A DNA stretch of 64,000 nt from Acidobacteriota bacterium (GTDB taxonomy: Bacteria; Acidobacteriota; UBA6911; RPQK01; JAJDTT01), in the NCBI GenBank assembly GCA_965263035.1, contig OZ253580.1, positions 4,512,001-4,576,000 of the forward strand, written 5' to 3'. The notes beneath the pieces were generated by a model that saw only the letters and a list, made by a program, of their open reading frames with translations, was not told the DNA's origin and searched no databases. The position numbers were made by a program, and so were the translations under genes. Below, one piece after another: positions 10,014 through 20,058 of this stretch (positions are counted from its first letter, which is position 1; the number at the start of each line of letters is the position of its first letter).

Positions 10014-11078
10014 TCACGTCGCGCTCAAGATCTGTCCGAAGAGCCGGGCTACATATCCCACCAAGCTGATCCCCTTGTCGTACTTCATCCGCCTGGGGCC
10101 GAGAATTCCCAGGCTGCCCGCCACTCTTTCCCGGTAGAGGTAGGGTGAGGAGATCATGGCCCAACCCCGCATCTCCGGAATGTGACGATCCAGGTCCAAG
10201 GTCACACGTGGGGCCGGTTGGTCGGCATCGAGACGTTCGGTGAGAACCTTGGCCAAGCGGCTCTTTCTCTCCATGGTCCTGAACAGACCGGCTGCCCGAT
10301 CCTGATCGGTCAACTCCGGCTGTTGCAGCAGCCGCGAGGTTCCGCCGAAATAGACCTCGGAATCGCTCCCTGGGTTTCTCCGCGATCTGAACAGGCTGGC
10401 CGATCCCAGACGGATGGCGTCGGTGCGAGGACGGCCGTCCCGTCCGCTGCAGGTCTGAAGTCTCCGGAGTTCACGACGGATATGGGACAGGGTCTGTCCC
10501 TTGAATTCCTCTTGGAAAAAGAGGCCGGCCCGGTCCAGATCCTCCTGGCTCAGGTGGTGGCTGGTAGCGATCAGACGGCTCTGAACCAACCCCGCTCGAG
10601 TCACGAGTATGGCCAGGATTCGGCGGGATGAGATCTTCACGAACTCGATCCGTTTCAGAACCGACACCGACTGAGGCGGCGCCAGGACAAACCCCAGATT
10701 GCTGGAAAGCCGGGAAAGAATCTGGGACGTCTGGACCATGAGGTCGCCAGGGTCCGTCTCCTGCTCCAGCATCTCCCGGATCCGTGCCACTTGCCGGTTG
10801 GGCAGGTCAGGAGTCCTCTCCAACCCATCGACATAGAACTGAAAGCCCTTGGTGGTGGGCACTCTTCCCGCGGACGTGTGGGGCTGGTTCAGGAATCCCG
10901 CTTGTTCCAGCCGGGCCATGATGGCTCGAATGGTAGCGGGACTGATCCCCTCCTGATGGAGAGACGCCAACCTCTTGGAGCCGACGGGCACGCCGGTTCG
11001 AATGTACTCGAGAACCAGCAGGTGGAGTACTTGGTGGGCGCGTTGAGTGAGTTCCGCCGAGGCCTTACCCTTCGTCAT
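10014..11078 (-). CDS. hrcA: Heat-inducible transcription repressor HrcA
   Basis: EYIRTGVPVGSK, SPATIR, QPHTSAGRVPT, GILGPRRMKY; start moved to the ATG at 11078. Confidence 0.93.
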   Translation of the reverse strand: MTKGKASAELTQRAHQVLHLLVLEYIRTGVPVGSKRLASLHQEGISPATIRAIMARLEQAGFLNQPHTSAGRVPTTKGFQFYVDGLERTPDLPNRQVARIREMLEQETDPGDLMVQTSQILSRLSSNLGFVLAPPQSVSVLKRIEFVKISSRRILAILVTRAGLVQSRLIATSHHLSQEDLDRAGLFFQEEFKGQTLSHIRRELRRLQTCSGRDGRPRTDAIRLGSASLFRSRRNPGSDSEVYFGGTSRLLQQPELTDQDRAAGLFRTMERKSRLAKVLTERLDADQPAPRVTLDLDRHIPEMRGWAMISSPYLYRERVAGSLGILGPRRMKYDKGISLVGYVARLFGQILSAT

Positions 11079-11113
11079 CACGGACCAGAAAATCTCTGCG
11101 AATTGAAGAGGTT

Positions 11114-11917
11114 TTATAGCATAACGGCTTGCCCGGAGGCAATGCCCAGAGACCATTCACGAGAGTCGTCAATCGTCTTCCGGAAGCGGACGCCGAATAC
11201 CTGCTGAAAGCCCCGGATCAGCGCTCGGGACAGCTCGTCGAAGGAAACCGGCCGGCCAGCGGCTTCCGACACACTGACGGTCCTCGATCTCAGAAACTCC
11301 GCGTCGATTCCCAGGGCGGCGGCCATGAGATCGTAGTGAATCACCAACGGAATCGAACCATGCTGCAGGAAGCTGTGCTTCGTCTTCTTCTGGGCGCTCC
11401 CCACCATCTTTCTGGTGCCTTGCACGAGTTCGTGCCGTGAAGGCGCCACGAAACAAGGTTTTTGGGCTCGTGTCAGAGCCCTGTCCCGGAGCCTGTCTCC
11501 TGGCGCCGAAACGGGGCGGATTCCCAACTGGGACAATCCCGCCTGCAAAGCTGACGAAATCTCGCCGTGGATCCTCCGGACGCTCTGCAGCGGAAAATAG
11601 TTGCCGTCGTTGGACGTCACCATGTAGGTGAGTTCATCGTGGTGGAACACGGCTCGACCGCCGGTAGGACGATGGACCCACGGGATGCCGTGGGTCTGGC
11701 AGTAGTCCTTGGCGAAAGCCAAGTCAGGACTTTGATGACACCCCAGTGAGACGGTCGGTTCCGCCCAACCGTAGAAACGGACCAGCGTCAGGGGACGGCG
11801 GCTTCGCTCCGCGAAGAGTTGCAGCCGCCGGTCGATCCGCATGTTCGCACCGCCGTCCAGCGGCGGGCTCAGCACGCAGAACCAATCTTGAGGAGCCACC
11901 ACGTCAGTCGGGGGCAA
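11114..11917 (-). CDS. Lipoate-protein ligase A / octanoyltransferase family protein
   Basis: NM.ID, SLG.HQ, RPTGGRAVFH.DELTY, RKMVGSAQ, LQHGSI. Confidence 0.88.
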   Translation of the reverse strand: MPPTDVVAPQDWFCVLSPPLDGGANMRIDRRLQLFAERSRRPLTLVRFYGWAEPTVSLGCHQSPDLAFAKDYCQTHGIPWVHRPTGGRAVFHHDELTYMVTSNDGNYFPLQSVRRIHGEISSALQAGLSQLGIRPVSAPGDRLRDRALTRAQKPCFVAPSRHELVQGTRKMVGSAQKKTKHSFLQHGSIPLVIHYDLMAAALGIDAEFLRSRTVSVSEAAGRPVSFDELSRALIRGFQQVFGVRFRKTIDDSREWSLGIASGQAVML

Positions 11918-11956
11918 TAGAGCGAACCCTCACCGGTGCAGAGTTGGAAATTGTCC

Positions 11957-13582
11957 TCAGGGTTTTCGAAACGAGATGTAACGTACGGCTGGCCTCCGGT
12001 TCGGGGTGATGCTGATGACGCGGAGGATGATGGCCTGTTCGGAGCCTATCCCGTCAATGGTGTCCTTGAACTTGCGATCGGTCTGCACCGGTTGTCCATT
12101 CACGTGGGTGATGATGTCGAACTGTTTCAACCCCGCCTCGTCGCCCAGACTTCCGGGCCAGATATTGGTGATGACGACTCCACCCTCGTCGTCCAGTCCC
12201 AACTGGTCCGAGTCGCGCGGATTCAGGGTCCGCCACCGCAATCCGATCTCCTTGCGCCGTTCCTCCTTGTCCTCCTCCTCCTCCTCTTCGAAGGAAAGCC
12301 CTCCGGCCTCGGACCGTTCCTGGGCCTCCATGGTGCGTTCCGCCAGCACCACCGTGAAGTTCTTCACCTCTCCCCGGCGGACCACGACGACGGGAAGCTC
12401 GCCCCCGGGAGGGGTGTTGGCTACGGCTGAGCGCAGGTCGAAATTGGTTTCCACCTCCCGGTCTCCCAGCTTCACGATCACGTCTTCTTCCCGGATTCCC
12501 GAGTCGTAGGCGGGGCCTGTCTGGCCCGGCTCGCCTCGTTCGTCCACCAGCTGCGTGATCAGAACGCCGTCACCGTCCTTGATCCCGTCCGGGTCCTCTC
12601 CCGCCACGCCGAAATACTCGGACATCTCCGGGTTCAAGGGCCGGTCGTTCATGGAAATTCCCATCCAGCCCCGCTCGATCTTTCCCATGCTCACAATCTG
12701 GTTGTAGGAGTTGATGAAAACTGTGGAAGGGATGGCGAACCCGACCCCCTGAGATCCCCTGGATCCGGAGACGATGAGGGTGTTGATGCCGACGACTTCA
12801 CCGGACATGTTCACCAGCGGTCCGCCGCTGTTGCCCGGGTTGATGGCGGCGTCGGTCTGAATGTAGTCCCCGAACGTCGAACCTCCGATGACTCGGGACG
12901 TCGCCGAGACGATCCCCGCGGTGATGGTCTTTCCCACGCCGAAGGGGTTGCCGATGGCCAGGACCCACTCGCCGATCCGGAGGCCGGACGCATCGCCGAC
13001 CGGGACAAAGGGAAGAGGTTCCGGCGCCTCGATCTTGATCACGGCCAGGTCCGACTCGTGATCGACGCCCACCACTTCAGCCGTGTAGGTCTCTCCCGTA
13101 TGGAGGGTTACGGAGATCTTGTCGGCCAACCGCCGAATCCGGGGCTGCTCCAAGACCGGGGCGATCACATGATGGTTGGAGAGGATGTACCCCTGGCTGT
13201 CGACGATCACCCCCGAGCCCAGGCTGGTGCGCCGGGCCGGTCCTCGTGAGAAACGATTCCAGAACTCGTCTCCAAAGAACTCCCTCAACTCTCTTTGGCG
13301 CCGCTCCATGTTGACGATGGACGTGGTATTGATGTTGACCACCGCCGGCTCCACGGTCTGGGCCACGCCGGTGAAACCTTCCGCCAGCATGCCCCCGTTG
13401 ACCGCGACGAGCGGTTTTCCCTTTCCTTGAATCTTAAGTTGGGACTTGGGCTCTTTCTCCGTGCTGGAGACACCGTCCAGAACGAGCACGGTTCCAATGC
13501 CGATGCCCAAGGCCAAAGCGGCCAGGACGGCGAGAAATCCGGCACCGGACCGGGATCGGAAAAGGGTGTTTCGCAAGGTCAT
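11957..13582 (-). CDS. HtrA/DegP-family serine protease with two PDZ domains
   Basis: LGSGVIV, SNHHVI, DLAVIK, IQTDAAINPGNSGGPL; N-terminal membrane anchor. Confidence 0.93.
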   Translation of the reverse strand: MTLRNTLFRSRSGAGFLAVLAALALGIGIGTVLVLDGVSSTEKEPKSQLKIQGKGKPLVAVNGGMLAEGFTGVAQTVEPAVVNINTTSIVNMERRQRELREFFGDEFWNRFSRGPARRTSLGSGVIVDSQGYILSNHHVIAPVLEQPRIRRLADKISVTLHTGETYTAEVVGVDHESDLAVIKIEAPEPLPFVPVGDASGLRIGEWVLAIGNPFGVGKTITAGIVSATSRVIGGSTFGDYIQTDAAINPGNSGGPLVNMSGEVVGINTLIVSGSRGSQGVGFAIPSTVFINSYNQIVSMGKIERGWMGISMNDRPLNPEMSEYFGVAGEDPDGIKDGDGVLITQLVDERGEPGQTGPAYDSGIREEDVIVKLGDREVETNFDLRSAVANTPPGGELPVVVVRRGEVKNFTVVLAERTMEAQERSEAGGLSFEEEEEEDKEERRKEIGLRWRTLNPRDSDQLGLDDEGGVVITNIWPGSLGDEAGLKQFDIITHVNGQPVQTDRKFKDTIDGIGSEQAIILRVISITPNRRPAVRYISFRKP

Positions 13583-13720
13583 GCTTTCTGTCCTCCGCTC
13601 GAATTCGAATCGTGATCGTCTGTTTGTTCTTTCGTAAAGTTATACGCCGGGCCTCCGGCCAGGGTTCACATTCTACCGGCGATTCTGCGACCCCGGCGCC
13701 GAACTCGCGGAAGGGCTCGG

Positions 13721-15892
13721 TCAGAGGAGCTTGACCCTCGCATATCTCTGGTAGAACATTTTTTTCCCCCGCCCGGAGAACGAGACGGTCAACTTGAGAT
13801 CGTCCCGGACCTTCTGGACCTGCAAGACGGTGCCGTGCCCGTATTCGGGATGCTCCACTCTGACCCCCGGGGCGAAGCTCGGGCTCCTGGAAACGCCCGC
13901 CGTCCGTCCGGATCCGGAGCCCGGGGTCCCGGAACGTCCTGGGGAGTGACCGGTCCCCCAGAGCTGGACCTGAGACCACTCCGGTCCGGAGTATCGCACC
14001 AGGCGCCGGGGGATCTCGGCCAGGAAGCTGCTTGCCTGGCGGCGCTCCTCCACATCTCCCCCCCACATCCTCCGGGTGCGGGCCAGAGTGAGGATCAGGC
14101 GCTTCCGGGCCCGGGTCATGCCCACGTAGCAGAGTCGCCGTTCTTCCTCCAGGTTTCCCTCCGCCAGCGACCGGGTGTGGGGCAGCAGCTTTTCCTCCAT
14201 TCCCACCAGGAAGACGATGGGAAACTCGAGTCCCTTGGCGTTGTGGAGCGTCATCAGCGTGACCGGGGCCGCCTCGTCGTAGTCGTCCGCTTCCGATCGA
14301 AGGGCCGTCTCGTCCAGGAATTCCTGGACGCTCCGGCCGGAGTCCGAATGGTCGCGAGCCACGCTCAGGAGCTCCTGCAGGTTCAACAGCCTGTTGTTGG
14401 CCTCCTCCGATTCTTCCCTTTCGAGGGTCCGGACATAAGCGCTGGAATGGAGGATCTGCTCCAAGACGATGTGAAGGGGCTGCTCCAGGTCAAGGCATTG
14501 CCGCCACTGACCGACCAGGGCCACGAACCGTTCCAGGACGTTTCGCAACCTTCGGGGAGTATCGTCCTGATCGGCGTCCCGGCAAACGGCGTCCCAGAGC
14601 GAGTCGCCGTTTCGCACCGCCCCCAGGCGGAGCCGGGCCAGGCTCTTTGGTCCGATACCTCTGGGCGGAGTATTGATAATTCGCTCGAGTGCCAGATTGT
14701 CCCTGGGGTTGCGGGCGACCCTCAGGTAGGCGAGGGCGTCCCGTACCTCCTTCCGCTTGTAGAAGCTCACACCTCCTACCAGACGGAAAGGGAGCCCGAA
14801 GCGGTTCAAAGTGTCCTCGAACTGACGGGACAGAAAATTGATGCGATACAAGACGGCGACCCCGGTCTCCCCCTGTTGGAGGTACCGTTCGATCCGCCGG
14901 CAGACGAACAGGGATTCCGCGTATGAACTCTCCGCCGAATGGACCTCGACCGGCTCCCCGGGGGGATTCGTGGTCCAGAGCCGTTTGGGCTTTCTCTCGG
15001 AGTTGTGAGAGACGACCGCCATGGCGGCGTCCAGGATGCTCTGACGAGAACGGTAGTTCTGCTCCAACTTGACCACGACGGCACCGGGAAAGTCCTCCTC
15101 AAAGCTGAGAATGTTGCCGACGTCGGCCCCCCGAAAGGCGTAGATGGACTGATCCTCGTCACCCACGGCGGTCACATTGCCGTGGGTCGACGTCAGATGC
15201 CGGACCACGGCGTATTGACTGGCGTTGGTGTCCTGGTACTCGTCGATGAGGAGATACCGGTATCGGTCCGAATAGGCCTCCCGGACCTCGGGCTGCTCCC
15301 GAAACAATCTGTCCGTGAGCAGAATCAGGTCGTCGAAGTCCATGGCGTTGGACTTCTCCAGATGCGCCTGATATAGCGCCATCACCGGCTCCACGCCTTC
15401 CTGGTCGTAGGGGTCGGAATCGTAGTGGAAATCGTAGGCTCGTCTCCGGCTCTGGTTTTTCCTTTTGCTGATGAGGCTTCGGATCATGCGCACCGGTGAA
15501 CTGATGCGCGCGTCCCCGCAGATCTTCTTGAGAATGGCGTTCTGATCATCCGTGTCGCAGATGGCGAAGTCCCGGCCGTAGCCCAGGTGTTCGGCATGCC
15601 GGCGCAGGATCCGAACACATAAGGAATGAAAGGTCGACAGACTCGGGACCGAGTCCAGTCCCTGCAGCAGACCCTCCACCCGGAGACGCATTTCCCCGGC
15701 CGCCTTGTTGGTGAAGGTGACGCCCAGGATCTCCCCGGGACGGCATCTCCCCTGGTGGATCAGGTGAGCGATCTTGCAGGTGATGACCCGTGTCTTTCCG
15801 CTTCCGGCGCCGGCCACCACGAGCATGGGACCCTCGGTGGTCGTGACCGCCAACTTCTGCCGGTCGTTCAGAGTTTGGAGATAATCGGCCAT
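13721..15892 (-). CDS. pcrA: ATP-dependent DNA helicase UvrD/PcrA
   Basis: AGAGSGKT, DEYQDTN, VGDEDQSIYAFRGA, LEQNYRS, TLHNAKGLEF, EERRLCYVGMTRA, C-terminal Tudor-like HPEYG.G.V; real start MADYLQ at 15892. Confidence 0.93.
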   Translation of the reverse strand: MADYLQTLNDRQKLAVTTTEGPMLVVAGAGSGKTRVITCKIAHLIHQGRCRPGEILGVTFTNKAAGEMRLRVEGLLQGLDSVPSLSTFHSLCVRILRRHAEHLGYGRDFAICDTDDQNAILKKICGDARISSPVRMIRSLISKRKNQSRRRAYDFHYDSDPYDQEGVEPVMALYQAHLEKSNAMDFDDLILLTDRLFREQPEVREAYSDRYRYLLIDEYQDTNASQYAVVRHLTSTHGNVTAVGDEDQSIYAFRGADVGNILSFEEDFPGAVVVKLEQNYRSRQSILDAAMAVVSHNSERKPKRLWTTNPPGEPVEVHSAESSYAESLFVCRRIERYLQQGETGVAVLYRINFLSRQFEDTLNRFGLPFRLVGGVSFYKRKEVRDALAYLRVARNPRDNLALERIINTPPRGIGPKSLARLRLGAVRNGDSLWDAVCRDADQDDTPRRLRNVLERFVALVGQWRQCLDLEQPLHIVLEQILHSSAYVRTLEREESEEANNRLLNLQELLSVARDHSDSGRSVQEFLDETALRSEADDYDEAAPVTLMTLHNAKGLEFPIVFLVGMEEKLLPHTRSLAEGNLEEERRLCYVGMTRARKRLILTLARTRRMWGGDVEERRQASSFLAEIPRRLVRYSGPEWSQVQLWGTGHSPGRSGTPGSGSGRTAGVSRSPSFAPGVRVEHPEYGHGTVLQVQKVRDDLKLTVSFSGRGKKMFYQRYARVKLL

Positions 15893-15937
15893 GGAACCCG
15901 GATGAATACGGCGTCGCGGGCGGAAGCAGGCGGGCGG

Positions 15938-16099
15938 GCAGTCCGTGGTGAAAGTCCCGCGTAGCACCGAGACCGGGGCTGCGCCCGCCGGACAAGGCGC
16001 GGTGAGGGAGCATACCGGGAGTATGTGACCGAGTCGCAACGCAGTCCGCGCACGATGCAGACCCGGTCGAATGCCGTGACGACTGTTACCACGGACTGC
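15938..16099 (-). mobile_element. MITE family A (ERIC-like) copy 3, 162 bp, reverse orientation
   Basis: Reverse complement aligns along 5185-5346; TA retained at 16100-16101. Confidence 0.85.
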
Positions 16100-16135
16100 T
16101 ATGGCCTCCTGACAACGCGAGGATCGGGGATGTGT

Positions 16136-16174
16136 AAAAAGGGCCGGGAAAGGGGCTTACCCTCCCGGCCCTTG
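16136..16174 (-). terminator. Rho-independent terminator of the TPR gene
   Basis: gggccggga / tcccggccc stem followed on the minus strand by a T5 tract. Confidence 0.7.
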
Positions 16175-16205
16175 AGGTGAATCCGCTGGCGGCAGACCGG
16201 AAGAC

Positions 16206-17225
16206 TCAGTTGACCCGCTCGACGAACTCTTCGATTCCGGCGAGGGAGTCGTTGTGGGTGGACTTGTAGAGTTGTTCCAGGTGCTTGCGGCAATGCTTGG
16301 AATGAGGCGCACGACGTTGGACGGAGCCGCGGGCGAAAGCCTTCATGGCGTCATCGACCCGATTCTGCTGCCATCGCCCCATCCCGATATAGAAGTAGGC
16401 TTCTCCCCGGAGACCCGACGAGGAGGTGGCGCGCAGGGCCCGGTTGTAGCTGGAGATGGCGCCTCCCCAGTTCCTGGACTCGGCGGCGTTACGACCCACG
16501 GCGCCGTGGGCAACTGCCGTCTGCATCTTGACGTATTTGCCCCATTCCGCCTGGGAGGTACCCTGTGGCTTCTTGATCGCGGAGAAGGCCTTGATGGTCC
16601 TTCGAGCATACTCGGACGCCAACTTCCACTGCTTCTTGGCCACGTAGATATTGGTCAGCTCCGCCACGATCTGGAAGGTCTCCGCGGGCTTGAGCCCGGC
16701 TACCGCCTTCTCGCCGTAGGAGATGTATTTGGCCTGATTCTTGGTCCCGTAGGAAAGGGCCAGAATGTAGGCGAGTCCGGCGGACGGCATCTTGGCGTAG
16801 AATTTCTCGCCGTACCGGGCCGCCTTCTGAAGCTGCCGGCTCTGGAATGCGGCGTAGGTGACCATCCTCAGCGCATTGGGTTCGTTCGGTTTCAGGGCCA
16901 GAAGCTTCTCCCCGGCCGATACCACCTTCCGATGGTTGCCCTTGGTCTGGTACTCCTGCAGCAACTTCACGTAGTTGCCCAGGGCATACTCGCTCAGCTT
17001 CGAAGAGGGCTTGGCCTTCATGAAGCCGACGATGGCGTCTTCCCGTTTACCCAGGTTCGGTTCGTCGATGGCTGCCTTGTAGATCTGATAATCCTGGATG
17101 CTGTAGGGGACCTTCTGTTGTCCCGCCAGGGGGTTCAGTACCAAGGCCGTCATGGCCAAGGCCAATCCGATCCGCAGACCCTTTCGTCGTGCTTTGAATG
17201 TCATCAATTGCTGTACCCTCCTCAT
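16206..17225 (-). CDS. Secreted Lys-rich tetratricopeptide-repeat-like protein
   Basis: Signal-like hydrophobic stretch, helical A/Y/L repeats (EKLLALKPNEPNAL, GEAYFYIG..AMKAFARG). Confidence 0.7.
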   Translation of the reverse strand: MRRVQQLMTFKARRKGLRIGLALAMTALVLNPLAGQQKVPYSIQDYQIYKAAIDEPNLGKREDAIVGFMKAKPSSKLSEYALGNYVKLLQEYQTKGNHRKVVSAGEKLLALKPNEPNALRMVTYAAFQSRQLQKAARYGEKFYAKMPSAGLAYILALSYGTKNQAKYISYGEKAVAGLKPAETFQIVAELTNIYVAKKQWKLASEYARRTIKAFSAIKKPQGTSQAEWGKYVKMQTAVAHGAVGRNAAESRNWGGAISSYNRALRATSSSGLRGEAYFYIGMGRWQQNRVDDAMKAFARGSVQRRAPHSKHCRKHLEQLYKSTHNDSLAGIEEFVERVN

Positions 17226-17372
17226 GCAGTGTAATAAGGTTTAGATTCAAAGCAAGTGGGAGCGACACTACCACAAGGCGCGTCCCAGATTCAATCTCCC
17301 TTTGGGCCGTCGAAATGTCCCTCCAAGTAAGGAACGCCGGCCGTTCGGTCACTTTCAAGGAAGACGCCTGCC

Positions 17373-18362
17373 ATGAGTTTCCCGGAACCGCATCCCCCCC
17401 TGGAAATCGTGGATCTGGCCCGTATCGACGGCTCGGATGAGACCCTGGCCATCACTCCCAACTGGTTCCCCATGGATCGATTGGCGGCCTCCGTCCGGAG
17501 CATGGGAGTGGTTACACCCTTGCATCTGCAGCCGGCGGCGGCGGGCAATCTGAGAATCGCCATGGGGTTCCGCCGTTACCGGGCGGCTCGGGAGGCCGGG
17601 TTGTGTACCGCACCGGCGTTGGTCTGGAGCCAGGCATCCGACTTGCAGCTCTTTCAGTGGGCGCTGGCGGAGAAAGCGGCCGGTCCGCTTCACGATCTGG
17701 AGCGGGCCCGGGCTCTGGTCAAGCTCCGGGAGCGATTCGAGGTCCGGGAAGAGGCACTCATCGACCGCTATCTGCCGCTCCTGAACGCGCCACCCAACCG
17801 CTACCGTCTCCGCTTCTATCTCCGGCTCGGGCGTCTCGCCGACGCTTTGCAGCGCGCCGTTCACCGTGGCCTGGACCCCGAAACGGCCCTCAGGCTGACG
17901 GCTTGGAGGGCTTCGGAGCAACAGCTGTTTCTGGGCCTCCTGGAACGGTACGAACCCGGCCGGAACCGGCAGCGGGAACTGTTCGATCTGTTGGACGACC
18001 TCAGGTCCGCCGAGCGGCCACCCGGGTCCGGAGTGCTGGATCGGGTCTGGGAGGCGTCAGGCGCCAGGGAGGCGGATGACGACGCCCGGACGGCGCGGCC
18101 CCTGCGTCTTCGCCGGATCCTGGAGTGTCTCCATCGATTGCGCCGGCCCCACCTGTCCCGTCATCAGGATCGGTACCGCAGGTTGAAGGGGGACCTCAAG
18201 GTTCCGCCCCAGATCCGCTTACAGGTTCCGCCCTATTTCGAGGGGGATCTGCTTTCGGTCTCTTTCTCCTGTCGTAACCAGGCCGAGTTTCGCCACTTGG
18301 TGGGCAGGCTCGAGGAGATGTCCGGGCGTCCGGAGCTGAAACAGATCTTCGAGTTGTTGTAG
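17373..18362 (+). CDS. ParB/Srx N-terminal domain protein
   Basis: LAASVRSMGVVTPL..IAMGFRRYRAA (ParB box-like), LERARAL..L helix. Confidence 0.7.
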   Translation: MSFPEPHPPLEIVDLARIDGSDETLAITPNWFPMDRLAASVRSMGVVTPLHLQPAAAGNLRIAMGFRRYRAAREAGLCTAPALVWSQASDLQLFQWALAEKAAGPLHDLERARALVKLRERFEVREEALIDRYLPLLNAPPNRYRLRFYLRLGRLADALQRAVHRGLDPETALRLTAWRASEQQLFLGLLERYEPGRNRQRELFDLLDDLRSAERPPGSGVLDRVWEASGAREADDDARTARPLRLRRILECLHRLRRPHLSRHQDRYRRLKGDLKVPPQIRLQVPPYFEGDLLSVSFSCRNQAEFRHLVGRLEEMSGRPELKQIFELL

Positions 18363-18445
18363 GGGTCTATGACGATCGTTGCGCGGGACTGATAAGCTGT
18401 ACCACCCCCCGCCGATGGCGGAAGGGGTGAGCGGAGGCCGACGCC

Positions 18446-19567
18446 ATGATTGCGTACAAACCGGAAACGATCTACGTGGAACGCTGCGTGGCGGACTCGT
18501 GGATCACCCGAAACGTGTTGCGCCGGCTTCCCTCCACGCCGGTCGAATGGCTTGAGGACTCCCGTACCCTGTTGTCCGAGTCCCGCCGTTGGAGTCCTTC
18601 TTTGGCAGCGGGCAAGAGATCTCTGGTGTTGGCTCGGCACAAGGGCCGCTTCTTCAAGGATTGTCCGGCCAGCCGGTCGCGGGGAGAGCGGAACGTCTGT
18701 TGCAATTACTTCGTCGTCAATTACGCTAGCAACTGCCACATGGAGTGCAGCTACTGCTATCTCCAGACCCACCTCAACTTCCCCCACCTGGTCGTCTACG
18801 CCAACTATCGGGACCTGATCCAGGAGCTGGAGACCCGCTTCAGATCCCATCCCAAGACCCCCTTCCGGGTGGGCACCGGAGAGTTGGCCGACAGCTTGGC
18901 CCTGGATTCGCTGACCCGCTATTCGGTTCTCTTGGTGGAATTCTTCTCCCGCTATGACAACGCGATCCTGGAGTTCAAGACCAAGTCGGATTGCGTGGAC
19001 AACCTGATGGGACTGGACCATGGTGGACGGACCGTGGTGTCCTGGTCCGTCAACCCCAGGTCGGTCCAGGCGAGTGAGGAACATCGGACGGCGAGCATCG
19101 ATCGGCGACTGCATGCAGCCGAGCGTTGCGTTCGTGCCGGATACCGCGTGGGGTTTCACCTGGACCCCATGATCCACTATCCGGGATGGGAGCAGGAATA
19201 CCGGGACCTGATCGACGAAATATTTCGCCGTTTTCCTTCCGAGTCTCTCTCCTGGATTTCCCTGGGCAGCCTCCGCCTGAGCGCCGAGTTGAAAGCATTC
19301 ATGAGATCCCGATTTCCCCGAAGCGGACTCCCGCTGGGAGAACTGGTGCCGGTCCCGGACGGCAAGCTTCGCTACTTCTGGCCGATTCGGGTGCAGATGT
19401 ACCGTTCGGCCGTGGAGTGGATCAGGGCTCGCAGCCCCAGGACTCCCGTCTATTTGTGCATGGAGCGTCCGGGAGTTTGGAGCAAGGTGTTTGCACAGGC
19501 GCCACCGGATGAGGAGCGCTTGGGCCGGCGTCTGGCCAGCAGCTTGCCCGTCACTGCGACGCGATGA
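18446..19567 (+). CDS. Spore photoproduct lyase-like radical SAM protein
   Basis: CHMECSYCYLQ (CxxxCxxC), RVGTGELADSLALD, LEFKTKS, VSWSVNP, GFHLDPMI. Confidence 0.85.
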   Translation: MIAYKPETIYVERCVADSWITRNVLRRLPSTPVEWLEDSRTLLSESRRWSPSLAAGKRSLVLARHKGRFFKDCPASRSRGERNVCCNYFVVNYASNCHMECSYCYLQTHLNFPHLVVYANYRDLIQELETRFRSHPKTPFRVGTGELADSLALDSLTRYSVLLVEFFSRYDNAILEFKTKSDCVDNLMGLDHGGRTVVSWSVNPRSVQASEEHRTASIDRRLHAAERCVRAGYRVGFHLDPMIHYPGWEQEYRDLIDEIFRRFPSESLSWISLGSLRLSAELKAFMRSRFPRSGLPLGELVPVPDGKLRYFWPIRVQMYRSAVEWIRARSPRTPVYLCMERPGVWSKVFAQAPPDEERLGRRLASSLPVTATR

Positions 19568-20051
19568 ACCGAAACCCGTGAATGTCCATCTCGGCGCGGC
19601 TGGCCATCCAATCCCGGGGTAGATCCTGGATGTAGAGCGTGAAGCTGCGCATTTTCATGGGCTGTATCGGGGCCGTGTAGGCGCCCGGCCGAATCGGAGT
19701 CCGGGTGGTTTCCCAGACCGGCTCGTCGTAGTTGAAGAAGGTCATTTTCATCTCGACCACGTCCAGCGTTCTCTCTCCCTGATTCTCGATCGTGGCCGAA
19801 AATATGGCCATTCGGTTGCCGGCCAGGTTCTTGGCCATCTGAAGGCGAAGACGGGTCAGGCTGACGTGCTCTCGATACCAACCGTAGTCCGAGTGCCCGT
19901 CCCGGAGCACGCCGGTCAACTCCTCCCGCTGCCGGGGCTTGGGTTCATGCATGAAGATGACCACGCTCACCAGCAGGGTGGCTGCCAACCCGGCCGGAAG
20001 CAGAATCTTCCAATGCTCTTTGGTCCGGGCGGAGGTGGTGGTCTGGAACAT
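19551..20051 (-). CDS. Membrane-anchored protein with FxLYD/DUF3426-like beta-sandwich
   Basis: One N-terminal TM, IEN.GERTL, RSFTLY. Confidence 0.5.
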   Translation of the reverse strand: MFQTTTSARTKEHWKILLPAGLAATLLVSVVIFMHEPKPRQREELTGVLRDGHSDYGWYREHVSLTRLRLQMAKNLAGNRMAIFSATIENQGERTLDVVEMKMTFFNYDEPVWETTRTPIRPGAYTAPIQPMKMRSFTLYIQDLPRDWMASRAEMDIHGFRFIASQ

Positions 20052-20058
20052 GGTCGAT

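Noticed and set aside
9883-11130. CIRCE operator near hrcA/grpE
   Set aside because: No TTAGCACTC-N9-GAGTGCTAA found
15893-16039. 49-codon N-terminal extension of UvrD in the ORF track
   Set aside because: Derived largely from MITE A; the family-like start is MADYLQ at 15892
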